Positions 38,401 to 46,045 of a DNA stretch of 64,000 nt are shown here, one piece after another (positions within the stretch are counted from its first letter, which is position 1; every line of letters begins with the position of its first letter). The DNA is from Bacteroidales bacterium (GTDB taxonomy: Bacteria > Bacteroidota > Bacteroidia > Bacteroidales > UBA12077). The stretch covers positions 28,941 to 92,940 of the forward strand of contig WTBR01000043.1 in assembly GCA_013138975.1 (NCBI GenBank), written 5' to 3'. A program made the translations under genes and the position numbers. The notes beneath the pieces were generated by a model. It saw only the letters and a list, made by a program, of their open reading frames with translations. It was not told the DNA's origin and ran no database searches.

Positions 38401-41249
38401 ATAGAATATCCTATATGTTTGAAGATAGTAAGTTGCAAATCTTATTGGTCAATACCGATATTTCAAATCTGAATCTTGAAACAGAGCAATACTTAATTTA
38501 TGATCTTAGGGATGAAAGCAGTTATGCTTCAAATACATCTAATCCAGATGTAATTGGAACACCTGAAGACTTGGTTTATATAATTTATACCTCTGGTTCT
38601 ACAGGTAAACCTAAAGGTGTAATGCTGAAAGACAAGAATATGGTTAATCTCATACAATTTGATTATGACAAGACCAATTTAGATTTTAGCTCTATCTTAC
38701 AATTTTCGACCATTAGTTTTGATGCCTCGGCTCATGAAATATTCGGAGCTTTATTAAGTGGAGGAAAACTTGTTTTAGTTGACGAATCTACACGTTTAAA
38801 TGTAATGGGGATTTTCGAATTAATGACAAAAGAACAAGTTAAAACTGTTTTCTGGCCCATGTCATTAATAAAATTGATATTTGGGGATCAAACTTTTGTT
38901 GATCAAATACCAAAATGCTTACGTCATCTTCAAACTGCAGGGGAAAAGGTTATTATAAATGAGTCGTTAAGAAATTACCTTAAAACGAACAATGTATTTA
39001 TACATAACCATTACGGGCCATCAGAAACCCATGTTGTAACAACTTTAACAATAGCACCGAATGAAGATCATCCGGAATTTCCTACAATAGGTAAACCTAT
39101 TTCAAACACAACAGCTTATATCTTGGATAAGAGTCTCAATCTTGTACCTGTAGGAGTTAAAGGAGAACTTTATTTTGGAGGAACTCAGGTTGGAAGAGGA
39201 TATTTTGGAAAAGAGGAACTTACCAGAGAGAAGTTTATTGAAAGTCCATTTATTAAAGGAGAAAAAATTTATCAAACAGGAGATATAGCACGTTGGTTAC
39301 CTGATGGTAACATCGATTTTTTGGGAAGGGTCGATCACCAAGTAAAGATTCGTGGATTTAGGGTAGAATTAGGCGAGATAGAGAGTGCTTTATTAAAATA
39401 TGAAAACATAAAAGAGATTGTAGTTCTTGCTAGGGAAGAAAAAGGAGACAAGTACTTGTGTGCATATATAGTTAGTACTGAAGAAATTGATCATGAAGAG
39501 CTAAGAGCGTATATGTCGGAACGGCTTCCCGATTATATGGTTCCTTCTTATTTTGTTGTGCTTGAGAGTTTCCCACAAACTGCAAACGGAAAGATAAATA
39601 GTAAAGCTTTGCCGAAACCGGAAATAAAAGAAGGAGACGATCATGTAGCACCATCCGCAGAAATAGAGGAAAAGGTAGTTGAAATATGGTCGGAAGTCTT
39701 AGATATCGATAAAGAAAATATAAGTGTAAATTCTGATTTTTTCTCATTAGGAGGCCATTCCTTAAAAGCGATAGCATTATTATCCAAAATTGAGAAAGAA
39801 TTCTCGGTAAGAATTGCAATGAAAGATTTCTTTGCTAATCCAAGTGTGAAGAAGCTGGGTAAATCGATTTTAAAATCGAAAAAAACTACAAATAATACAA
39901 AACTGGTACCCGTTGAATCGAAGGAATATTATGTAGCATCTATGCCTCAAAAGAGATTGTATTTTATACAAAACCTTAATCCTGCGGATAAAAGCTATAA
40001 TGTTTCTGCTGCCTTTACCATTAAAGGTGAACTTGATAAACAGAAATTTGAAAATGCATTACAACAACTAATAAATCGACATGCAGGTTTAAGGACTTCA
40101 TTCATAATGCTTAATGATGAAATAGTACAAAAAATAAACAATAAGCTTGAACCTCGGCTTACGTACATAAATGAAGATGATAAGGACATTCCCCAAATCA
40201 TTAAAGACTTTATTACACCCTTTGAATTATCTGAAAAATCATTATTTAGAGTTGGCTTGGTTAAAACAAAGAAAAATGATTCGATATTAATTCTGGATAT
40301 GCACCATATTATTTCTGATGAAGTATCCAACAGGATTATATTCGGTGACTTTGTTGATTTTTATAATGGTAAAAAATTAAGCTTGCTGAAAATTCAATAT
40401 GTGGATTTATGCGAGGAGCAGGAGGAAATGAAAAAGCGGGATGTTCTGAATACACAAAAGGTTTTCTGGGAGAATTATTATGATAATTACAATAATGACA
40501 GTTCACTTCCGTATGATCTTAACAAAGACGATCAATTAAAGAATAAAGGAAATATAATATCATTTACTCTTGACGGTTCAATGAATCAGGATTTGATAAA
40601 AATAAGAGAAGAATATAATTCATCCATTTATATTATAATCCTTTCCGTATTTAACATCCTTCTTTCGAAAATTTTAAATCATGATGATATCGTTGTAGGA
40701 TCGCCTATTACTGGGAGAGAAAACCCGGCCTTGAAAAACATCGTGGGATATTTAGTGAATACTTTGGCAATGCGCAGTATTGTTAATGGGGAAGCTAAAT
40801 TTGTTGATTTCTTAAAAATAGTAAACGATAGAACATTAGATGCAATTGATAATAGCAATTACGATACAATAGAATTAATTAATAAAATCAATAAAAGTGG
40901 AAGGAACAAAGGCAAGTCATTATTCGATATAATGTATACATACAATATTGTTGAAAGCAATAAGGCGAGTTTGTCAAACATAAATGTTGAACCATATACA
41001 TTTGATGGATTTTCGTCGCAATGCGATATAAAACTGAGAGTTATGGATAATAAAAATTCCTTATCACTTGCTTTTGAATACAACGAAAACTTATTCCTCG
41101 AAGATAAAATTCATAGATACATTAAGTATTTTAAGAAAATATTAAATGACATTATATTAAATCCTGAAATTACAATTGACGAAATAAATTTAACTTCTGA
41201 AAAAGATGAAGTTAAGCTAATGAATTCTTTAGTAGAAGATTTAGAGTAA
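29415..41249 (+). CDS. trimodular NRPS, half-C - A(interrupted by rSAM/B12 unit) - T - C - A - T - C - A - T - C
   Basis: The N-terminal region is C-lobe-only (NNYWKTLL...). Module 1: A1 has ITYQVL and LKAGGTYLPID, is then interrupted, and resumes with YIIYTSGTTGRPKG, FDFSVWEIF, NMFGITETTVH, YKTGDKV, GRIDEQIQLRGFRIELKEIE, INGKIDKK. T1 is FFNLGGDSI. The first C domain has LYPMSDIQRGMVYH and HHAIIDGWS. Module 2: A2 has YTSGSTGKPKG, NNYGPTENTVV. T2 is LIGGHS. The second C domain has YPVSPAQKRLYFLQ and HHIISDGTS. Module 3: A3 has YTSGSTGKPKG, NHYGPSETHVV. T3 is SLGGHS. The final C domain has YYVASMPQKRLYFIQ and HHIISDEVS. Confidence 0.9.
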   Translation: MTNLSKENTTLNKKREENNYWKTLLSGITLPTYIPVDSTVIRGEGDYKEFSINLDDESSSFILKISNNSNVRLHIILVSLVKVLLYKYRTQSELLSITTIDKQVSDKKILNHILPFKTFVAKDQSFKEVILAVKESLKQASDNQNYPIEKLAKSIERQLQFEKPYGLFNIAILLDGMHDEKYLEGIDCHLLFKFRKINDKINLVIKYKDELYTKNKIERVAGHLKNIANSISNNIELQVNSINYLSENESKNLLEGLNENIEQPIPESIYQVIKENAKKYAHKVALVYKDEHITYQVLDKKANSIAKILKIKGVVQNSIVGVLGNRSMNTMLNILGTLKAGGTYLPIDPEYPLDRIKFMIEDANIKYLLVDPEVYSKIEISGLFEELEDSTELIHTQCRSQIEDFNSLPFPDRSKVDYDKYNKHIGQAMVKNSIAIQATRGCPYACAYCHKIWPKKHVWRSSDNIFEEIQMYYNQGIKRFVFIDDIFNLKKNNSKDLFKKIIDKGLKIQLFFPNGLRGDILNEELIDLMVEAGMVNVALALETASPRLQKLIGKNLNLDKLRTNINYICEKHPHVVLELFTMHGFPTETEEEANSTLEFIKSIKWLHFPYVHILKIYPNTDMSKLAIENGISSLDIDNSANLSYHELPTTLPFEKSFTLKYQSDFFNNYFLSKERLIKVLPHQMKVLTEDEIVQKYNSYLPVNITNIEELLEFLKISKEELGAFEFVQEDEFHVKDLNKKLQACFKKDYEVEKNAFKILLLDLSQNLTSDEEMLYDVVEPPLGLMYLAAYVEGKFRQDVDVRVLKSKIDFDNFSALKNILDDFKPDVIGVRTLSYYKEFFHETISNIRLWNPSIPILAGGPYPSSDYMSTLKDGNIDLVIQGEGEFTFGEIVECMMKNDNKLPDEEQLKTIDGIHFMKKSVLKRQIISTDFKNINSEPEELAHINKPDDGAYIIYTSGTTGRPKGVMVSHENVLSLLINNNHLFDFNKEDIWSVFHSLCFDFSVWEIFGSLFFGGKAILIPTDITKDPDCFRDVLQKEKVTILNQTPSSFYNVINKELQSENKSLKLRSIIFGGEALNPSKLSKWRNSYPNVKLVNMFGITETTVHVTYKEITQKEIEEGISNIGKSLPTSLTLVLNENMELLPIGMPGELYVGGSGVSLGYLNRTELNFDKFINKNNDYKTQVYKTGDKVVLNEKYELEYIGRIDEQIQLRGFRIELKEIESEMNNHDKIDNAYVELFEKDEEKYLSAYYVSNEELENAEIRKFLQKRLPYYMLPSYYIRIDNIPLTINGKIDKKLLPKPSVLNCLFEVVAPENELQVHLVEIWKKVLQVNNIGIEDSFFNLGGDSIKGIRLVNAINENLDTRLRVADLFKNDTIRTLSLIVKNKEADQENNKETQLLKDFEQIKESAFQKNIYNQHEIEDLYPMSDIQRGMVYHAIKSADKAVYHDQMIHQIKIPDFKQNTLKDALKLMSQKHSILRASFNMENFEESSIVIFKEIEIDYQHEDISEMPKDSKVEFLGKYLEDDKKKILRTDQKGLWRLRTFQVDENEIFVLFVCHHAIIDGWSDASFITELHNLYFKLLEDINYVPVKLKSTYKDYVIDQTIERSNNENINFWKTELSGVKKYDDRYFLNKPQITKNEFKFSINELDSDLVSKINKKGKDLNISLKSIYLTAFSFALNMFSFEPDFVFGLVSNSRIAKPDGDKILGCFLNTLPLKIKFSLEQENQDLMTYFNTKLNDLKKYDSISLFEILKFADHEGAENALFDIIFNYVDFHILNQIDYTQEQKSGIPYLVSKLTGNARADTPLNFTLDTTKESVKFYSSFDSSKYSEEKVKQIHIYLVRALEILSGDDSASLSKSQLIDKNEKQEILNTLNNTDTSYPKDKTIHQLFEEQAERSPDNIALVLGSESITYSELNKKSNQLAQYLIHNGALESDFIGIINEPAIEVYISILAILKTGKAYLPIDNSLPDSRIQFMLNDCGVKILLASNLKTQYLDNDKNPIVPINIFETLIGGSSNLNLKTSSTSPAYVIYTSGSTGKPKGVLIEHKSLVNLSFNHNKFYGIKSDDRLSKFAGFGFDASVWEIFPSFIAGSSLYIIDENIKPDPGKVNKYFEKNNITVSFLPTQFCEKFMEYDNKSLKILLTGGDKLNYFKKRDYKLYNNYGPTENTVVTSRFEVQNLENNIPIGKPIENIQVYILDRYSQVQAFGVPGELCISGIGLAKGYIGNDELSAEKFTKHPFNKGERIYRTGDLACCLPDGNIEFLGRIDQQVKIRGFRIELGEIESVLLKHEYVQESVVLTREETGDKHLCAYIVCKEGYIQENLRQYLSTLLPDYMVPAYFVDLEALPISPSGKVNRKALQALEIEAGADYIAPSNAIEEKLLDIWSEILNTPVEKISVMANFFLIGGHSLKATVLASYIHKEIGVEFPLEDIFLHTSIRAQACQIRISKKTEFVSIPKTEEQSNYPVSPAQKRLYFLQQFDLESIAYNMPNVFSLGKEADKRKIEEVFKQLIDRHESFRTSIIVVDGEPVQFISKEVEFELEELSITNNEVENTRNKFIKPFDLSNAPYLRVALVNIKGEDSLLMIDMHHIISDGTSHIILEKEFQTLYSEKELTPLKLQYKDYSQWQNSNEQQEFIKDQEQYWLTKFEGEIPVLSLPMDYVRPLMQSQEGATVNFILSKEETEGIRLFSKENDLTLYMSLLSVFSILLSKLSGQDDIVVGTPIASRNHADLENIVGMFVNTLSIRNAVKGEETIRDFVSSLKQTVLGAYENQNYQFEDLVGKISVERDTGRNPIFDVMFNLLNQAEYNGSINEDIDNSHKKGTSKFDLNLTAIEFENNISLSIEYSTRLFKEETLDRFINYFKQIVAQLTRKSELKISAIDILTEDEKHQVLYEFNNTKADYPTDKTIHQLFEDQVEKTPENIALSLNGETVKYSELNAKVNQLAWKLREQGVKNDSVVGLFVERSIEMVVGILGILKSGGAYLPIDTEYPKDRISYMFEDSKLQILLVNTDISNLNLETEQYLIYDLRDESSYASNTSNPDVIGTPEDLVYIIYTSGSTGKPKGVMLKDKNMVNLIQFDYDKTNLDFSSILQFSTISFDASAHEIFGALLSGGKLVLVDESTRLNVMGIFELMTKEQVKTVFWPMSLIKLIFGDQTFVDQIPKCLRHLQTAGEKVIINESLRNYLKTNNVFIHNHYGPSETHVVTTLTIAPNEDHPEFPTIGKPISNTTAYILDKSLNLVPVGVKGELYFGGTQVGRGYFGKEELTREKFIESPFIKGEKIYQTGDIARWLPDGNIDFLGRVDHQVKIRGFRVELGEIESALLKYENIKEIVVLAREEKGDKYLCAYIVSTEEIDHEELRAYMSERLPDYMVPSYFVVLESFPQTANGKINSKALPKPEIKEGDDHVAPSAEIEEKVVEIWSEVLDIDKENISVNSDFFSLGGHSLKAIALLSKIEKEFSVRIAMKDFFANPSVKKLGKSILKSKKTTNNTKLVPVESKEYYVASMPQKRLYFIQNLNPADKSYNVSAAFTIKGELDKQKFENALQQLINRHAGLRTSFIMLNDEIVQKINNKLEPRLTYINEDDKDIPQIIKDFITPFELSEKSLFRVGLVKTKKNDSILILDMHHIISDEVSNRIIFGDFVDFYNGKKLSLLKIQYVDLCEEQEEMKKRDVLNTQKVFWENYYDNYNNDSSLPYDLNKDDQLKNKGNIISFTLDGSMNQDLIKIREEYNSSIYIIILSVFNILLSKILNHDDIVVGSPITGRENPALKNIVGYLVNTLAMRSIVNGEAKFVDFLKIVNDRTLDAIDNSNYDTIELINKINKSGRNKGKSLFDIMYTYNIVESNKASLSNINVEPYTFDGFSSQCDIKLRVMDNKNSLSLAFEYNENLFLEDKIHRYIKYFKKILNDIILNPEITIDEINLTSEKDEVKLMNSLVEDLE
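30540..32180 (+). other. radical SAM + B12-binding-like unit embedded in adenylation domain 1 (between core motifs A2 and A3)
   Basis: The insert lies in-frame inside the 29415 CDS. A2 (LKAGGTYLPID) is at ~30427-30460. The radical SAM motif ATRGCPYACAYC has its CxxxCxxC at 30738-30761. The Rossmann/B12-type segment (FKILLLDLSQ...PPLGLMYLAAYVEG...VIGVRTLSY...ILAGGPYPS...DLVIQGEGEFTFGEIVE) is at ~31680-32160. A3 (YIIYTSGTTGRPKG) is at ~32263-32310. Boundaries are approximate. Confidence 0.75.
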
Positions 41250-41452
41250 ACCATGGAATTCCGAACCTGATCGCACTATTAATTAGAACCTGTCCATTAA
41301 GTCATGTGTTTGGTTCAGAAAGTTCGAGATCAAGGCTTGTGAAGTTTTAAAAATCAAGAGTTTACTAATGTAAATGGCTGATTTTTAAAACGAGCATAAC
41401 GCAGATATCGGGCTTTATGGACAAACACTAATTTTAATAATTATTTAGATAA

Positions 41453-44400
41453 ATGACAATACAAAAACTTATCAATAACAGTTTTAAAAGGCACGAAGAT
41501 AATTATGCCTTGAAAAGCGCGAATAGAACTTTATTATACAAGAATCTTCACGAACAATCCGATATTCTTGCTAAGAATATACTTTCAAAAGGATTAAGAG
41601 GGAAAGCAATTGGCGTGTATTTAAGTGATAAAATTGATTTTATTATTAGCATTTTAGGTATACTAAAAGCGCAAAGTATTTTTGTTGTTATTCCAAACGA
41701 ATTCCCTGTAAACAGAGTTCGTAAATCAATCGAAATAACAGATCTGACTTATATTATTTGCAGTAATACAGAAAATGATGAAGCAGTTTTTGGTTCAGGA
41801 AATCAGAATATTAAATGTGAATGTTTTTCTGATTTGATAAAAAATGAGCAAAGCGAACAAAATATTAATTTAGATGAACTCACATACGATGCTGAAGATA
41901 TAATTTATTATTATTTACAATCAACAAAGGATGGCTTACAGGCAATTGCAGGAAAGAATAAAAGCCTTCTGAATGCATCGAATTGGTTTACTGAGGAATT
42001 TGATTTGAACGATAATACAAAATCAGCCTTTTTTTCTGAGTTACAATTAGAACAGTCACTTTTTGATATTTTTCCGGTTCTTATTTCAGGTGGTACAATA
42101 AATATACCTGATAATAACATTAATATTACGAATTATATTCCTGCCAAAGTAGATCCTTCTAATAAGGAAGAAGCCTTACCAAAAGAAGATTACAATAAAG
42201 AATATCCCTTTATTCTTTCAAATGATAAGCTTGAAAGTCTCGAAAAACAATCAAAAAGCCTTGAGGGATATCTTAAAAATAATTCAAAAGCCAATTTCGC
42301 TGATATTTCTTATTCTTTGTCATTATTAAATACAAACAATGCTTATAGAAGATCTTCAATTTGTAGTGATGTTAATGATCTAATAAAGAAAATTGAAGAT
42401 TATTCAAAGGAATCCGCAACAGCTCTTAAATTAAAACAAAACGAAGATATTGTTTTTCTTTTTGCCGGTTTGGGTTCTCAATATCAAAATATGGGTTTGG
42501 GATTATATAATTCCTATGATGTATTTAAAAATTCTGTTGATAAATGCTGCGATATTGTAACTTCAATTTCTGATATTGATATTAAAAACATATTATATCC
42601 TATAGATAAACAGTTAGATAAAACAATAATTGACTCCATAGATATTTCACAGTTAGTTATTTTTATTTTTGAATATGCATTAGCACAACTTCTATTAAGT
42701 ATAGGTATTAAGCCAAAAGTATTAATCGGTTATAGTTTTGGTGAATATATTGCAGCTACTATTTCAGAAGTATTTTACCTTAAGGATATTCTTAAATTAA
42801 TTGTTTTAAGAGGGAAATTAATCAAACAATTACCAGAAGGAAGCATGCTAAGTGTTCCTTTGAATATAAGAAAAGTTGAACCCTATTTGAATGATGATGT
42901 TTCATTGGCAATAAATAATGGAGTTTCTTGCATTATTTCAGGAAAAGTTGAGGCTATAAACTTATTAAAACAAAATTTGCGCAAGGAAAGAATACTTTCT
43001 TATAAATTATCAGGTGAGCGTGCAATTCATTCTTATATGATGGACGAAATTCTTGATGAATTTGAAAAAGAGTTGAGCAAATTCACATTAAATGAACCTA
43101 AAATTCCAATATTGTCCAATCTTACAGGATCATATGTAAAAGAAGGAGAGATGACAGATCCACAATATTGGTCGCGTCATTTGCGTAATACCGTTATATT
43201 TGAACAAGGGATAAAAGAATTGCTAAAATTCGAGAAGGGCGTTTTTATTGAAATAGGGCCGGGGCGAGATTTATGTAATTTACTAAGCAACTTTACAACA
43301 CCCGATCATAAATCCTTTAGCTTAATAAGAAACGAAAATAGAGAAGTTTCTGACGAATCTTTTTTATTGAAAAATGTAGAAAAAATTTGGCAGTCAGGTG
43401 TTTCTGTACAATGGAAACAGATTTTTGCCCCTGAGAGTAGAAATAAGATTGAGATATTTAATAAATCTGAAGAAATTATCGATTGGTTAGAAGCTGGAAA
43501 AATTAATTTTCTACTTGGATCAAATCCTTTATTGAAAGAATTGATAAATATGGATAAGCCTGAATCTCGCTTAGATAATTTATCAAAAATACTTGTTTGC
43601 GAAGAGCGAATAAACAAAACATTACTTAAAGAATGGTTTGAGAAATTTGATAATAGCCTTGAGCTTTATACTTTGTATGGATATTCTGAAACAGGGATTA
43701 TTAACTCCTATCATAAATTTGCAAACGAAGATTTGAATAAGCCCGGTATCCCTATCGGTAAAAACATAAAAGGAGTCAGGTTAATAATATTAGATAACAG
43801 TAATCAGTTATGCAACGAAGATCAGGTAGGGCGGGTTTTTATAAGAACACCTTATAGATCTGCCGGTTATCTTTCAAAAGGAGAAATTAAAGAAACATGT
43901 TTCATTCAAAATCCATACAATCAAAACCCTAAAGATCTTATTTTTCCTACCAACAATCTTGGTAAACTGCAAGCAGACGGAAATGTATTTATTCTGGATA
44001 AAATAGACAAAAGAAACATTTCAATTTTAAACAGGCCTGTACATTTACAAGAAATAGATTGCATTATCGAGAACTTTCTGGACATGGAAAAATCACACAG
44101 CATTTTTATAAGTGATGATAATGAGGATGGTAAATTGTATAATTTCTTTAATGCAAAGAATGAAATTCAGGTGAATGAGCTTGAGTCTTATGTAAGAGAA
44201 AGCCTGCCGGCTTATATGTGTGCAGAATCCTATATTCAAACAAACATTGATTTGAGTAATGAAGAGGATTTTGATGACAATATGCTAATTGAACTTTTAA
44301 AAGTCAGTAGCGAAGAAGAAGAGAGTTTTTCCGAAACCGAGAAAGAATTAGCAAGACTCTGGCAAGAAGTGCTCGATGTTGAAGAATCTAAAATATTCAG

Positions 44401-45937
44401 GTACAGTAATTTTTTCGAATTAGGAGGACATTCATTAAAGGCCATTTCTTTAATCTCTAAAATCCATGAAAAATTTGGAGTTAACTTGTCATTAAATGAT
44501 TTATTTAATAATACATCCTTTTCTTCTCAAATGCATTTGATTGACGTAAGTAAAAAAGAAACATATTTAAATATTCCGAATGCGGAAAAGAAAGAATTTT
44601 ACCCGGTTTCAGCAGCACAGAAAAGATTATATTTTATTCAACAAGTAGATTTACAAAGTACAGTTTATCATACAATTACATTATTAGAAGTAAAGGGAGA
44701 AATAAACAAAGATAAATTTGAGTCAACCTTTACAAAGTTAATAGATAGGCACAACAGCCTTCGTACATCATTTCATCAAATCGATAATGAAATAGTTCAG
44801 CGAATTGATCCCCAAGTAAATTTTGAAATTGAATATATGGATGCCCAAAATATAGACATAACAAGGTCTATAAAAGGCACTATACAGCCATTCAATTTAC
44901 AGCAAGCCCCTTTATTTCGAGTGAATCTAATTAAAAGGAGCCTGAATGATCATATTCTCATGATTGATATGCATCATATCATTACAGACGCAACATCAAG
45001 AGGTGTTTTTGTAGGAGACTTTATGAAGCTATATAATCAGGAGGAAACAGGAAAGATTGAATTACATTATAATGATTTTTCTGAATGGCAAAACAAGCTA
45101 TTTAGCTCTGGAAGGATTAAAAAACAAGAACAATTTTGGTTAGATCAATTTAAAGAAACGATCCCGGAACTAAAATTAAAAACAGATTTTGAACGTCCTC
45201 CGGAAATGAGTTTTATAGGAAATCAATATAAAACACAATTTGATGATGCGCTTTTCGAAAAAATAAATCAATTAGTTTCGGAAAGAAATAGCACAGTTAA
45301 TATCTTTTTACTTTCAATATATTATATCTTTTTATGGAAATTCACCGGGCAAACCGATATAGTTGTCGGTTCGGTAATCGTAGGCCGACGACATTCATCT
45401 TTAGAAAAAATTATAGGATTTTTTGTGAATATGCTTCCATTATACAGCAAGTTGTCTGGAGAGATGACTTTTAATACATACCTAAACGAAGTAAAGGAAT
45501 TATCATTAAATGCATATAACAATCAGGATTATCAATTCGAAGAATTAATTAAAAAATTAGAAATCCCAAGAAAAAAAGGCCGACATACCTTAGTTGAAAC
45601 AGTTCTTACGTATCGGGAATTAGGTAATGATTCTAATGTTGCAACTGTGTTTAAAAAAGATAATTTAGAATTTTCTTACTATGATCAAGAATTTGATAAA
45701 GCACATTTTGATTTGCTTTTTGATATAGGTAAAAATAGGAATTCATTATTTATGAATATAGAATATTCAAGCGATTTATTTAAAGATTCAACCATCGTAA
45801 AGTTTGCCAAGCATTTTACACATATCATGGAGCAGGTAATATCAAATAAAAACATAAAACTCGACGAAATAACACTATCACATGATCTTATGACCGCTTC
45901 TGTTGTGGAAGAAGTTGAGGAGGATTGGGATATTTGA
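41453..45937 (+). CDS. NRPS-like subunit: degenerate A domain interrupted by an AT domain, then T-C
   Basis: A-like N-part: LLYKNL, LKAQSIFVVIPNEFP. A3 is replaced by YYLQSTKDGLQAIAG, so there is no TSGSTGxPKG. AT domain: FLFAGLGSQY, GYSFGE (Ser codon 42734-42736), RAIHS. A-like C-part: TLYGYSETG, GRVFIRTPYRSAGYL. A7 YxTGD and the A8 GRxDxQVKIRG are degenerate, and there is no A10 Lys motif. T domain: FFELGGHS. C domain: FYPVSAAQKRLYFIQ, HHIITDATS. It ends ...EEDWDI. Confidence 0.85.
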   Translation: MTIQKLINNSFKRHEDNYALKSANRTLLYKNLHEQSDILAKNILSKGLRGKAIGVYLSDKIDFIISILGILKAQSIFVVIPNEFPVNRVRKSIEITDLTYIICSNTENDEAVFGSGNQNIKCECFSDLIKNEQSEQNINLDELTYDAEDIIYYYLQSTKDGLQAIAGKNKSLLNASNWFTEEFDLNDNTKSAFFSELQLEQSLFDIFPVLISGGTINIPDNNINITNYIPAKVDPSNKEEALPKEDYNKEYPFILSNDKLESLEKQSKSLEGYLKNNSKANFADISYSLSLLNTNNAYRRSSICSDVNDLIKKIEDYSKESATALKLKQNEDIVFLFAGLGSQYQNMGLGLYNSYDVFKNSVDKCCDIVTSISDIDIKNILYPIDKQLDKTIIDSIDISQLVIFIFEYALAQLLLSIGIKPKVLIGYSFGEYIAATISEVFYLKDILKLIVLRGKLIKQLPEGSMLSVPLNIRKVEPYLNDDVSLAINNGVSCIISGKVEAINLLKQNLRKERILSYKLSGERAIHSYMMDEILDEFEKELSKFTLNEPKIPILSNLTGSYVKEGEMTDPQYWSRHLRNTVIFEQGIKELLKFEKGVFIEIGPGRDLCNLLSNFTTPDHKSFSLIRNENREVSDESFLLKNVEKIWQSGVSVQWKQIFAPESRNKIEIFNKSEEIIDWLEAGKINFLLGSNPLLKELINMDKPESRLDNLSKILVCEERINKTLLKEWFEKFDNSLELYTLYGYSETGIINSYHKFANEDLNKPGIPIGKNIKGVRLIILDNSNQLCNEDQVGRVFIRTPYRSAGYLSKGEIKETCFIQNPYNQNPKDLIFPTNNLGKLQADGNVFILDKIDKRNISILNRPVHLQEIDCIIENFLDMEKSHSIFISDDNEDGKLYNFFNAKNEIQVNELESYVRESLPAYMCAESYIQTNIDLSNEEDFDDNMLIELLKVSSEEEESFSETEKELARLWQEVLDVEESKIFRYSNFFELGGHSLKAISLISKIHEKFGVNLSLNDLFNNTSFSSQMHLIDVSKKETYLNIPNAEKKEFYPVSAAQKRLYFIQQVDLQSTVYHTITLLEVKGEINKDKFESTFTKLIDRHNSLRTSFHQIDNEIVQRIDPQVNFEIEYMDAQNIDITRSIKGTIQPFNLQQAPLFRVNLIKRSLNDHILMIDMHHIITDATSRGVFVGDFMKLYNQEETGKIELHYNDFSEWQNKLFSSGRIKKQEQFWLDQFKETIPELKLKTDFERPPEMSFIGNQYKTQFDDALFEKINQLVSERNSTVNIFLLSIYYIFLWKFTGQTDIVVGSVIVGRRHSSLEKIIGFFVNMLPLYSKLSGEMTFNTYLNEVKELSLNAYNNQDYQFEELIKKLEIPRKKGRHTLVETVLTYRELGNDSNVATVFKKDNLEFSYYDQEFDKAHFDLLFDIGKNRNSLFMNIEYSSDLFKDSTIVKFAKHFTHIMEQVISNKNIKLDEITLSHDLMTASVVEEVEEDWDI
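42200..43470 (+). other. acyltransferase domain with PKS-type pre- and post-AT linkers, inserted between A4-like and A5-like regions of a dead adenylation domain
   Basis: The segment YPFILSNDKLESLEKQSKSLEGYLKNN...ADISYSL parallels the KS-AT linker of the 24549 protein (WQMIYLSAKNQNSLEQKRIDFIEYLKNN...ADISYTL). The AT motifs are as listed for the CDS. The post-AT linker VSVQWKQIFAPESRNK parallels NINIEWDKFFEAEKRTK. Boundaries are approximate. Confidence 0.75.
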
Positions 45938-46045
45938 TTTTGTTATTTCGTTATGAATATTATAATTCTACTTTAGAAATTAAACTATTGAAGTGATAAT
46001 AACTAACACCGGCACAAATAATTTGAAAAACTAAAATAAATCAAA

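Noticed and set aside
41453-45937. The A*/AT gene as a pseudogene, because its adenylation motifs are degenerate.
   Set aside because: The 1494-codon frame is uninterrupted. The embedded AT, the T domain (GGHS) and the C domain (HHIITDATS) keep their catalytic residues. Loss is confined to adenylation motifs, which suggests functional repurposing rather than decay.
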